From: Selaginella moellendorffii
Lineage: Eukaryota > Plantae > Lycopodiophyta
Reading direction: 5' to 3'
NCBI RefSeq assembly: GCF_000143415.4
Contig: NW_003314263.1
Location: 4,095,628 to 4,159,627 of the forward strand
DNA length: 64,000 bases
Position numbers and translations under genes: made by a program. Of this stretch, positions 23,860 to 35,354 are shown in pieces; position 1 is the stretch's first letter, and the number at the start of each line of letters is the position of its first letter. The notes under the pieces are model-generated. The model saw only the letters and a program-made list of their open reading frames with translations. It ran no database searches and was not told the DNA's origin.

Positions 23860-24155
23860 ACCTATGACCTAATCGAAGAGAATCATATACTTGCATACTT
23901 TTCTTGGTATATTCGTTAATTTGTAGGTCATCTTTATTCTTGATGATCTATAGAACTATTTAAGTTCCCAGCAACCATCTTGTGGAATTCTGGAAGGTCA
24001 TGCCGGTTAAGTCAAGTCACTGACCCATCTCTTGTCATTGATAAAGAAAAAAATGAGCATAACGACGTGGAAAATCACATGCGAGCAACTTTAAGAAGAA
24101 ATGTATTTGCCGTATCCAAAGGGAGATCCCCACGCCTACTCTCTGCTTTATAAGA
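23860..24155. promoter_or_regulatory. Divergent promoter with seven TGAC cores including a W-box, and TATA for PR-1
   Basis: TGAC/GTCA at 23865, 23927, 23997, 24011 (AGTCAA), 24016, 24021, 24034; ttataag near 24147. Confidence 0.55.
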
Positions 24156-24229
24156 GGATGGTCTCCCACAGTAAGTTTTCGTGCTCCTATACTTTTTAGT
24201 TGTGCAATCCGCGTTCTAGTTTGATCGCT

Positions 24230-24733
24230 ATGGGGGGAGTTCTTCGTGCAACTCTAATGGTTGTTGTGATCTATGGCACTGGATTTCTCCACGCAGGTCT
24301 TGCAAGCACGGAGAGTGATCTTGTCAACGCACACAACTCCGCGAGATCTGCTGTTAGTGTTCGTCCGCTGGTTTGGAGCACGCAAGTTGCCTCGTATGCG
24401 CAAAACTGGGCCTCGACTCTCCAGGCGAGCTGTCAAATGGTCCACTCTAGCGGGCCGTATGGCGAGAACTTGTATATGTGGAGGGGGAGCGATGGCTCGG
24501 TGGCGCCTCCAGCCACGGACGCAGTCAAAGAATGGGTGAAGGAAAAGGCTGATTACAATTACGCATCAAACACTTGTGCTCCGGGCAAGGAATGCAGGCA
24601 CTACACTCAGGTTGTGTGGAGGAACTCGACGCGAGTGGGATGCGCTCGAGTGAAATGCAATGGTGCGAATGCGTACATTGTGAGTTGCAACTACGATCCA
24701 CCAGGCAACGTTGGAGGCCAGAAACCTTACTAA
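24230..24733 (+). CDS. PR1: Pathogenesis-related protein 1 (CAP domain), intronless
   Basis: Signal peptide, AHNSAR, GPYGENL, CRHYTQVVW, CNYDPPGN..PY. Confidence 0.95.
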   Translation: MGGVLRATLMVVVIYGTGFLHAGLASTESDLVNAHNSARSAVSVRPLVWSTQVASYAQNWASTLQASCQMVHSSGPYGENLYMWRGSDGSVAPPATDAVKEWVKEKADYNYASNTCAPGKECRHYTQVVWRNSTRVGCARVKCNGANAYIVSCNYDPPGNVGGQKPY

Positions 24734-25365
24734 AGATCGATATGAAAATAGTTATGTATGAAATAAAGATGAAAGATCAATAAATTTGCTCTTCTGCCTT
24801 CATGCTACCAACGAAGGGATTGAAGACGTCAAGCAACACCATTCTGCTAATCAGGTAGAAAGCAATTCTTTTCTTGTTTCTTATTTCTTAGTGACTCAGA
24901 TAAACTGGAGGACGTGGGAAGTTCTTGTATGGGACGTGTTTGTACTGAATGGAGCGATATCATTGTGGGAGATGTCATAAACGATTGGTTATCTTCTCAA
25001 AAATTAGAAATTAAATAATTTGAGTGCTTTTTATTTATTAATCACATTGATAACTTGTAATAAAATTAATCTTGTGTTATAAATTATAAACATCAGATTA
25101 ACTTAGAATATACTAGTAAGTGGTTAAGAAAGTTTATAAATTATAGATACAAAATGAATAACAATCTTTAGATAGTAAAATAAACCAGAATATTTTAGTA
25201 TATTTTAGATACAGGTTCCAAAAATTATATACTGTTAATAATTTTGTACATGTGAGATTTGTTAATTTAAGCTGGACTTCCTTGTCCAAGACCAAGAACA
25301 ACCAGGAAAGTGTATTGCTTTTACTGAAAGAAAGCCTTCACTCCTCACTCCTTCGCTCTTTGTTT

Positions 25366-26025
25366 ATGCTCCTACAGCCGCATTGTGGAGCAAGCTTGAT
25401 CAAACTTCCGTTGGGTCCCAGTAACGAACACCTAGGGCAAGAAAAGTTGGGAAAGAATGGAGATTCTTTCTCTCGATCGGTGTCAAACACCGAGGTGGCC
25501 GAGTTCGTGGCGGCCAAGCAGCCAGGCAGCGTGAGCGAGGCCCAAGCCGTGGTGGCCAAGCTCACGGCGGCGCCGCTGGCCAAGCGGTGCTGGGTGTGCT
25601 ACATGGGCAACGAGGACTACGGCAACTGGCTCCGGGGCACGGTCAACGGCCGCCCGGTATCCTTCATGCTGAGCCAGAACTCGGACAGCTTCGTGTCGGT
25701 CAATGCGGTCAATAGGCTGGGGCCGACCACGACGCTATGCCGCCCGTTTTGCGTCAAGTTCCTGGGCTGGAACCCCTCTCCGCCCCACAATCGCAAAGTT
25801 CGCAAACTCAAGTTTCAGCTCGAGGGCGGCTACAAGGGCTGCATGGATTTTTCAGTCATGGATCTGATTCACCACGATTTCGTCCTCGGGCACCAGCTCT
25901 TGAAGGTGTGCTCCGAGGCGATTTACAAGGACGATGATGGTATCATCAAGGTCGACTTTGGATTAGGCGGTGGGCAGAAGTTTACCTCGCCGTTCCACCA
26001 GGGGCGTCCCCAGTTTGAGGAGTAA
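25366..26025 (+). CDS. Retropepsin-fold pseudo-protease copy 1 (possibly pseudogene; ATG homologous to copy 2 at 25457 is out of frame)
   Basis: LRGTVNGRPVSFMLSQNSDSFVS..LG..DFSVMDLIHHDFVLG; paralog of 26645-27220. Confidence 0.6.
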   Translation: MLLQPHCGASLIKLPLGPSNEHLGQEKLGKNGDSFSRSVSNTEVAEFVAAKQPGSVSEAQAVVAKLTAAPLAKRCWVCYMGNEDYGNWLRGTVNGRPVSFMLSQNSDSFVSVNAVNRLGPTTTLCRPFCVKFLGWNPSPPHNRKVRKLKFQLEGGYKGCMDFSVMDLIHHDFVLGHQLLKVCSEAIYKDDDGIIKVDFGLGGGQKFTSPFHQGRPQFEE

Positions 26026-26644
26026 ACGGCGTGAGTTTCTGCTCGCTGCTCTTTTCAGTTCTGTTAACTTGCAGGTGATGAAAGGGCTTGGACATCGTCC
26101 AGAAGTTATGATTCTCATGGTTTTAGCGTTTCCCAAGCTCGGCTATCGTTTTAGAAGACGAAGCTATATAAGCTTTGCGAACAGCCTCATCAATAAAAGC
26201 TACCTATGAAACCATCAATGGATCAATATCCTGATGGTGCTTTGGAACTGTGACCCTTAGCTGGCCAGCTCATCCACTCAACTCTCACGTTCGCGACGGC
26301 ATCAAGCTGCAAGCTCCAAGACGTATCCCAATGCCAGTGCATGACATCGGGTACTCTTTCTCGAGAGGACGTGGTAGAGGGCCTCTCCTAGAAGTCTCAT
26401 ACCTACTCGCTGTAACCACACTTGTCATCGTTGTTCAGGTGGTGAATAAGATCAAGCTACAAGGCTCAGAAACTATGACAAAGATCATCAAGGAAAACAA
26501 CCATGTCTGAATAATGCATGGGTTTGGCCGAAAAGAACAAGGTGCGAATATTCCCTGCTAACGTTCCTGAGTCGCTCCCTACCCTAATGCAGGGTTTTAA
26601 AAGCACCGGTATATTCTTCTCCTGAAACGGTCCTAGGGCAAGAA

Positions 26645-27220
26645 ATGGAGCTTCTTCCTCTCGAGGTATGCAGCTTTCTCCAGTCGGTGCCCAACGCTGA
26701 GGTGGCCGAGTTCGTGGCGGGCAAGCAGCCAGGCAGCTTGAACGAGGCTCAAGACTTGGTAGCCGAGCTCACGGCGGCGCCGCTGGCCAAGACGTGCCTG
26801 GTGTCCTTCGTGGGCGACGACGACTATGGCCGCTGGCTCCGGGGCACTGTCAACGGCCGCCCGGCGTCCTTCATGCTCAGCCAGAACTCGGACAGCTTCG
26901 TGTCGGTCAACGCCGTCAACCGCCTCGGGCTGACGACTTCGCTGTGCCATCCGTTTAGCGTCAACCTGCTTGTGGGGAGCACCGCGCAGCCCAGCAATCG
27001 CAAAGTGGCGGACCTCGAGTTTGAGCTCGAGGGCGGGTTCAAGGGATGCCTGGATTTCGCGGTCATGAATCTGGCTCGCCACGATTTCGTCCTCGGCCAC
27101 GAGCTCATAAACTTGTGCTCCGAGTATGTTCTCAGCTTTCGGGATGGCATGAAGATCGAGCTAGAATGCGGAGGGCAAAGTTTCACCTCCCGGTTTCAGC
27201 AGGGCCGTCCCCAGTTCTAG
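26645..27220 (+). CDS. Retropepsin-fold (Ty3/gypsy gag-protease-like) protein lacking the catalytic D(S/T)G, copy 2, 191 aa
   Basis: Gag-like helix QPGSLNEAQDLVAEL, then LRGTVNGRPASFMLSQNSDSFVSVNAVNRLGL..FAVMNLARHDFVLG. Confidence 0.75.
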   Translation: MELLPLEVCSFLQSVPNAEVAEFVAGKQPGSLNEAQDLVAELTAAPLAKTCLVSFVGDDDYGRWLRGTVNGRPASFMLSQNSDSFVSVNAVNRLGLTTSLCHPFSVNLLVGSTAQPSNRKVADLEFELEGGFKGCLDFAVMNLARHDFVLGHELINLCSEYVLSFRDGMKIELECGGQSFTSRFQQGRPQF

Positions 27221-30200
27221 GCAATCCGTAAGTTTACAATGAAGTTTCCGTCGTTTTCTGAGTTCTCATGTAGACTCTCCAGGTTGTCGTGGGTCATGAA
27301 TCGTCGAGAAGATGTTCTTGGATGTTGTGTTTTTTCCATTGTTTCATCGCAGAGCTTGTTTCCATCGTCTTTCCATGTTTTCCATTGTTTCGTATAGTTC
27401 TTTGAGCTTCTCTTTACGTGGCTCTTTGATTAGTCACGCTTTCTGGTCCTGGAGAATCGCCCCCAGCTGCTTCCAGGCCTGTCTCCTCTGTGCCATTAAG
27501 AACGCACTGGGCTGTGATTAAAAATCCAATGAAATCAAAAGCATTGGTTTGCAGATCAACATATGCTTTTTTTTCTTTCTCCCCGAGCGGACAAAGAATA
27601 TAAGAATTGTAATCTATTTGGCCTGGATGGCTCTAAATAGGCCTGAATCAGCATTGCAACTTTGGCATTAGATTCTCTTTCACCTCTTGAACCCATCCCG
27701 TGGCCATTGCTCATGCCCAACCAGAAAATCACATTAAACTTTCCAAAAGACAGGATCCAATTTGCTAAATATTGATTGATAATATTCCCCCGCCACCAAC
27801 ATCAATGCGCAGTGTAGGTTGGATAACCAGCACTCGCCATATCAAAAACTCCAAAGGTTCATATCAGATCACGCTGTCACCTCCTTATTCAACCTTATCA
27901 CCATGTGGCTTGTGGGTGCCCAAAAGAAAAATAATCAAATCTCATTCTATATTGTTGTTTAGGGCGTGTGTGAAATTTCGAGCACACACTGTCATGGCCA
28001 CAGTAATGGTATGTTTCTCGCTGCCAACACAAACACTAAACAAGCTTAATTGACTAAAATAATACTTACTACTAAAATAATGCCCGGGAGATCTACCGTC
28101 TGGATACCGACGGCCGAGACAAGCCCACGTGACAGGAGCGCCAGATCGGGACCACACATTATTCAGTCCACATCGCCCGTTGAAACCGGCTACCGTCGCT
28201 TTCCCACCTTTTTCTTTCCTAAAGTGGCCATATGGCCCAAGCCGTACACCGCGGGAGGCATATGCCTTGGACTATTCCAAGATATTTGGGTGTCTAATAT
28301 TCCTATAGCTACATGCAGTGCACAAGGCTATGGTATTTTATCACACACCCAATTAGACAATTTAGGCTAGGAAAGGAAAAGAATTTGGAGGAAGTGGTCC
28401 TGGCGCTCAATGAAGAGCCTTGTCTCGGATTGCGGGGACAAGGATACACAGGGTTGGCTGACACCCCCACCAAAGCACACCAGCACACAAAACAGATGAT
28501 AGGGGAGTAACAGGCAGCCAGTGGTAAAGGAAAAGTAGAAGATTTTTACACGCCTTTTACCCCCCCCAGCCCCACAGGGATTGCGAGCCGGGCTTGGAGG
28601 CATCCACAAAGATCTGGCTTTTATGCAACAAAGATATGTCATTGGGATGGAGAGCGCAGGCCCACCACGATTCTAAGGCATGCATCCCTCGGTCCAATCC
28701 ATTTCCGTATCATCTTTTTTGCCCTTTGATCACACACGTCTCGCTCGTCTATCTCGGTGTCACGCTTTGCTTGTGACCCCAAAACACACACTCTGGGTCA
28801 CACTGACTGCTGACTGATTGACGAATTGACCCGACCCGCAAAGGTTTATGACGTAAAAGGTGGTGGAGGGGACGAATAAAACCCCCAAAGGTAAAAGGGG
28901 TGCAAAGGGTAAAAGCAAAAGAATGGGTCGAGGAAAGCACCGCTCAACTGATTTCCAGTTCCGGGGAATTGGATCCGGGACTGACCCATACCCGTACTCG
29001 CGCAGATATTCCACTCCAAACAAACACACACACCTAAACCCGCCACCTTTGCTCGTACGGCCAGCCCACGAAATATTTTTGCCGGCCCAACAAACAATCT
29101 GTTTCTGACTGCCACGTTGAAGCAGGGATCTTGATCTTGGTTCGGACTCTTTTGACTGGCTCCCACCTAAACTACATGCTTTGAATGTGTTGCCCTAATA
29201 CTCACGCACGCTCGGATGTGGAAAGGTGGCGGGCACCTACCTCAGACTTACCAACAATAGCAAGGTGGTGCACAACACCACGCACGAAAAATAGAGCCTA
29301 GGCCAACTTTTCTTCTTTCGCAATGGGTCCGAATCGAAAGTGACCTTTGCGGAGCATTGCATTTGCCCTAAATCTTGGCACCACCACCTTTTTCAGCATG
29401 ACCTTTGAATGCGTGGCGGATATTCCTATCTATCCACTGGCCACTTCAGACAATTTGGTTACGCGAGCTGGATTTGGCCGGACGCTCATTGGCACAGAAG
29501 TGGGGTGGCCAAATCGTCTGGCCTGGCAGGCAAGAAACTGGGCGCCAGGTGGCGGTCACCCAAGGTGGTATATTCGCCGAGCAGAGCGACTGCTGTGGTT
29601 CTCGCTTAGTGGTACGTCTCTATCCAAAGGACTATGATTTTTCTGACCAATGGCCGATGTGGAATTTTCCCATTGGCGATGGTACAGGGCCTGCGATGTA
29701 ACGCCTTCCCCCAGCTATATCTATCTACATGATGATGATCTATCTCTTTTGACGTTTTCAAAGTGGGCTAAGGCTAGTTTTGCCAAGTCTGGGGGACCGC
29801 CCGCTAGATTTGGTGGCATATATGAAAGGTGAATTTGAGGGAATTCGTTTGTCGTGTGGGATGATAGCAGCCGACCAAACATGGGCCGTGTAGTGCCCAA
29901 CAGCGGCATTGCAAATCTAGCGTCGCGTCTCTTTTTGGGTATAGGGTTTAAGCGCGATAAACCCTAAATCTCTCCCCGGGCTTTTTGTCTGTGATTGAGA
30001 TTCTCTTCCGTCCATGGATCAATCAATCAGTCAATCAATCAGCTAGCTCATCGCGCGGGCATCTTGGACTGTGTCAATTATACAATCTATACACCAAGTG
30101 TACTGGGCATTTGCCCATTGTTTTATGCCACTTATCACGCCCCCAGCGGCATGCGTATGGATCTCTTTAGCGTTGGATCCACGCCACCTTGACCTAATCC

Positions 30201-30715
30201 GGATTCCCCTCTCGCGGCATTTTCAAAGCCTGTCCACGCCAAGAATTTTGGGCGGTGTCCATCGCTTCTAGAAATTCATCCAAAGACTGCCGCACGAAAA
30301 CTGGAAATCTTTGGAAACAAAGATTTAGATTACAAAGGGCATCGTGCTAAACGCTTGCGCTGGGAATCGAACCCCAGATCTGATTCCCTCGTACGTACTC
30401 CCATGAGGGGGCCACACAGCTGAATCGCCGGCCGCCGCATTAATGTGACCGGGCCGTACCCTGCCGTACGTTTGCTGCGGGGAACTGGAATTTGTGCCAG
30501 CCTGCCAAAATATGTCACGCATTGACTGGCACTGCGCCAGTTTCCCAGTAGTGGCCCAGATCTTAGCCTGCGCGCGCTACCGGCTGCGCCCGCCAGGTGT
30601 CAGTCAGCTGGATTACCCTGCCGGTAAGCTTTCCTCCCGTTAACTTACCGCGCGATTTGGCTTTTACGGCGCGCGCGACACACGTAACGGGGGCAGCCAG
30701 TTAAATGCCGCGTTG

Positions 30716-30741
30716 ACCGTTGGATCGGGGATCCAACGGCC
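30716..30741. promoter_or_regulatory. Inverted pair of MSA-like elements upstream of the SPEAR gene
   Basis: gaccgttggatc-ggg-gatccaacggc; reverse strand reads TCCAACGGTCA. Confidence 0.45.
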
Positions 30742-31133
30742 GGGATGTGGCGGGGGATTAGCGTCGTCCGATGGCGGCCATCCGACGGCAGTGCCACGGG
30801 GGATTAGGGTTCTACTGTTAAGGATGAGGTTATTTTAGCGAGAGTAATATTGAGGCCAATGTGAAGAAGTGGAGGAGCGAGCGCTAGCGGCGAGAGCGAC
30901 GATCGCATTCTCTTTGTGATCGATTCGAGCTAGGTAGAGCTGCGGTGCAAGGTACCACTGGGATTTCGATTCCATTGCCAGGGTTCGAGCCTATGTAAGG
31001 GGAGATCGATCCATTCGCCGCGCGAGCGCGTAGCGCTCCCTTCCTTGTTCTTGGCAATGTGTGACGAGATGGAGGGCGGCGAGGCCCGGGGCAGCGATAT
31101 TTCGGCGTGATTCCACCGCGATTTCGCCCGAGA

Positions 31134-33167
31134 ATGGCCGCATTGGTGGTGAGATCCTCGGACCACGACAAGGTTCTCTCGGGGCTGGGGCATCACGGCA
31201 GCGCTCACTTCACGGCCGATAAGGTCGTGTCTAGGATCTCTAGGGGAGGCGGCGGCGATGAGCCATCGTCCTCGCTCCTCCAGGGAGCGCGCGGCCGGTC
31301 GCGCAAGAGCAAGAATGGGCCAAAGAAGCAGCCGCAGCGGGGATTGGGCGTGGCGCAGCTAGAGAAGCTGCGATTGCAAGAGGAGAGCAAGCAGGAATCG
31401 GCGTGCCTGGCGTCGCTGGGCCTGGTGCCGCTGCCATCCGGCTATGGATTCCTGGACCAGGATGTCTATCCTCTCCTCTCGTCGACTCCGCGGCACCACC
31501 ACCACCACCCCCACCACATCAAGGGGATCTTGGGCTTTGGGAGTGGCTACAGGGGCAGCAGCAGTGGCTCGCCGGATCATCGAAATGGGGGGTTCTCGCC
31601 GGGAGGCTGTGATCCGTCCGTGGAGCCATCGCCGCTAGAAATTCTGATGCAGCAGCACGAGGTGGCGCGAATGGTGGCCACGTCCAAATCCTCGCCTCTG
31701 GTGCCGGCCTTGGTGGCTCCTCCTCCTCGAGCTCCTCCTGATAAGAATGCCGGGGGTCTCATGGCTGCGGCGATGATGCGCGCGGCTGCTTCTTCCAGCT
31801 CCTCGCGCAACGAGGATGCGATGGTGGTCAAGCAGCAGCAGCAGCAGCAGCAGCAGCGAAAAGCTGGTGGCGAGCATCACCCCTTGGGTGTGAATTCCGG
31901 CCAGCTTTTCGATGCGTCGCTGCCACCGGGGTCACTCCCGATGCCGCGCGATTGCAGGGAATTGTCTATGGTACGTTTCGTGTTTTCTAAGCCTCGCTCT
32001 ACTCGTGAAGCTTTTAACAAGCATTTGTTTCTCTCTTTTGTTTCCTCGCGCTGGCTGGCTGTCTCAAGGTTGGCATTCCCAAGGAGCTCTCTTCTTTCCA
32101 AACAAACTTTCCAGGACACCAAGTGTGGCCTAGCATGCATAATGTAAGTTCGCTCGTTCCTTGTGCTGGGCGTTTGCTCGCGTAAAGTATACAGGGAGAT
32201 TGACTCTCTTTCTTCCTGGCAGGCTTCTGTGGAGAAGCAGCGTCCATGCGTCGTGATTTCCCTGGATCACGGGGAAATCCACTCCAACTCTTCACAGAGT
32301 GAAACCGCCGACAACATTCTCAAGCCGGGCGCGCACTATACGCCTCGGAGCATCAGGTATTGCGTGCGTGGGTGGCCAGTCTCTTGTCTCTCTTTTCTCG
32401 TTGCTTCAATGCTGTGTCGTCGACCGAATCATGGAACTGAGAGTCGCTTTTGTTTGCGTGCAGTAATGCGCTTGGCAAATCATCGCTGCCGTTTCTTAAG
32501 GCCGATGCAATCAAGCAGCAGCCGAGTTGCATTGGTGCCGCGCCTGGCTTTGACAATCTCGTCAAGAGCGAGCACCACCCGACCGACAGCAGCACGTCCA
32601 GCGTCTCCAGCATGCCATTCCTGCGCAAGCGAGTCGCGGCTGCTTGCTATCTCGACTCCACATCATGCTCGGCGGCGAAAAAGGCTCTGGTGTCATCAGG
32701 GGCTGACTTCCTCGCCCTGAGCCTTTCAATCTCGCACAGCGACGTCGAGTCCAGCGGCAGGAGCCTGATTTGCTCTGCCAACACCAACGCTTCTCCCGCC
32801 GCTGCCCAGCAGCAGCAGCAAAGATCGTCACTGTCGCTGCAGGTACGATATTATAGATGACATACCTCCTCTCTCCCTCTTTTCTTTTCTGCTCTCTTTG
32901 GGTTTCCTTCGTTGTCACTGGTGACTGATGACAGACATGACATTATTTTGGATCCAGGAAACACTGACTGATGTGGAGGATGGCAGCAGCAGCCAGAAAT
33001 CTCCGAGCTCTTATGGCAACTCCTTCACGGATGTGTCAACGATCGAGGAGGTGGAGCACAGCATCACCGTGTCCCACCGGCAGGATAATCGCCATCATCA
33101 TCAGCATCATCGTCGCCGTCGCAGCAGCGCCCAAGATGTGGATCTCAACTTGAAGCTGGCCATCTAA
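31134..33167 (+). CDS. SPOROCYTELESS/TIE-like (SPEAR) transcriptional co-repressor, about 5 exons
   Basis: KKQPQRGLGVAQLEKLRLQEE SPL motif, ELSS motif in exon near 32084-32143, terminal EAR motif DLNLKL. Confidence 0.9.
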
Positions 33168-33217
33168 AAGTATTCCACTTAACTACCGTAACAGTATTAT
33201 TATTGATTAATTAAACG

Positions 33218-33390
33218 TGACACGTGGCAGAGGCATCTTTGTGCCACGTTGAGCATACTCAACCGTTGGATAAGGCTACTCTCCTATCCTTTAAAAATCA
33301 ACCTTTGGATGAGGCCCTAATTTCTATAAAAATCAGCCGTTGGATGGGACATACCCTAAAATAGTTTAAAAATTAACCGTTGGATGCTTA
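33218..33390. repeat. Four degenerate ~38-bp units with A(A/G)CCGTTGGAT core preceded by TGACACGTGGCA
   Basis: Cores at 33261, 33300, 33335, 33375. Confidence 0.7.
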
Positions 33391-33437
33391 TTGTTCTAGA
33401 CAAGAACAATAGCTCTTTTATTTTGTGCCAAGCCACA

Positions 33438-34943
33438 TCAATGTGTTAAGTTGGCTTGGACGGCCTTCTCTTGCGCCTTGTGACGATCATCGCCCGGAGG
33501 AACAAAGTCTGGCTGGTTGTTCACCGATCGCACCCACGCCCACGATGGATTGTTTACGTCCACTGGATTCCTGGTCACCGCAACCAGCTCCAGAGGGATG
33601 TAGCAGTAGTTCCCGTTCACTGGCCCTGCGACGAAGCCCGTGTAGCCAGCCATGGCCCCGTGAATCGCCGAGTGAGCGAGAATGGTGCAGTAGAGAGTGT
33701 CGGTCGCGTTGCTTGGGACGGCACGAACCATGTAAGTCGGATCGATGTACTTGACGGCGAAGAGTTTGTCCGGGTGCTTCTCCTTAAACCACTTCTTGAA
33801 CTCGCTGCTGAGCCACAGTCCGATGTCCCGGAGCAAGACGTTGCCGGATTCATCCTTGGTCGACTCCTTCAAGTTCTCGTCCAGCAAGTCCTGCCCGGCA
33901 CCCTCCGCCATGACGATGACGCAGTGCCCGTTGTCCATCAGCCGCTGCTCCATGAATTCGAAGAGTCCACCTCGGCCCTGCGTGAAGAACTTGATCTCTG
34001 GAATGAGGCAACAGTCCACGTCCCTGCTGCTCAGCGTTGCATTCACGGCGATGTGGCCGGCGTAGCGTCCCATAACCTTGACAAGCCCGACGCCGTTTGG
34101 AGTGCTTTCCGCCTCGACATGAGCTGCACTAATGGCTTCCTGTGCCACCTCCACAGCAGTCTGGAGACCAAATGATCTGCGCACCAGCGCGTAAAGTTAC
34201 TCACACTTGTCGAAAACGAAAGGAAAAAGAAGAAGAAAAGTTCGTTTTTTTAATCTAGGATACCTGTCAATTATGCCGACATCGTTGTCCACAGTCTTCG
34301 GGATACAAGCTATGGAGACTTTGAGCGAGCGCTTTTTGATCTCGTTGAAGATTTCCACAGCACCACGAAGAGTTCCATCCCCTCCAATGAGGAAAACAAT
34401 GTTGTAGCCTCGATCCTGGATCGCGTTCACAATCTTCTGCAAGTCGAAGCCACCCCTGGAAGTTCCCAGCCTGGTTCCTCCCTGCTTGTGCCAGTGATCC
34501 ACAACCTTGGGTGTCAGCGGGACGTGCTCCGAAGAGAAGAATCCCCGGTAGCCAGCCTGAATCCCCCTAATATCACGTACGTGATACTGATACCACAGAC
34601 CGTTCACCAGCTCGCGAATGACCGTGTTCATCCCCGGGCACAAGCCACCGCACGTCACGATGGCAACTTTCACTTCCTCGCCTTCGAAGAAGACGCGCTC
34701 TCGAGGTCCTGCCCGAGCAAAGTAGCGCTGGTTTTGATCGACCGGCTTGTCAACGTCCATGACGATGTTCTGGGCGATGGCCTCTCTGTCCGTGACGAAA
34801 AACCCCGGAACCGGATGGAAGTAACTGTTCTGGTAGAGCGGGTTGGGATAGGATCGCAAGTCCGGGAGGAAGCTCTTGAGGTGTGGCACCTTCTCCAGGA
34901 GTATTTTGGGGCCTTGCTTGACATCGGTCCCTCCATTGGCCAT
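33438..34943 (-). CDS. PFK: ATP-dependent 6-phosphofructokinase; exons 34943-34264 and 34176-33438
   Basis: IVTCGGLCPG, GTSRGG, IGGDGT, IPKTVDND, D-R|SFG junction, KVMGRYAG, YIDPTYMVR. Confidence 0.95.
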
Positions 34944-35354
34944 TTTGGTGGACTAGAGCTTAAGAAACTGCCAAGGAACAACGATCACATCAGATAGAGA
35001 AACTACGCTACAGACTCTCACAATGGAGCTTACCTCCTGGAGCTCGAGAATGAGAAAAGCAGACCTAGTATGCGATTCGTTGCGGCAAGTGACCATTTTG
35101 ACGACTAACACTTGTCGACCAGTGGGCCGTCCGATTTGTGTCAGCAGTTAGCGCGTGACGCGTGGCAGATAGTCGCCAAGTCGAATAACCAAGAACAGGT
35201 ATATGCTACTTGAATCGATTCTCGCAACGTAAAAGCTATACACCAGCCTAGAAGTTACAGTACAATGTACAGCAGCTCCTACAAGTGACCACAAAAGCCT
35301 GCGTGATACGTAAATAATTACTTGGTCAGGACTAAATCCACATACTTACTAGTT

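Noticed and set aside
26666-26683. 18-nt GT...AG segment as a micro-intron
   Set aside because: Too short for spliceosomal removal; in frame as coding sequence
30481-30546. miRNA precursor
   Set aside because: Paired region interrupted by a large internal loop; no match to conserved plant miRNAs that I recall
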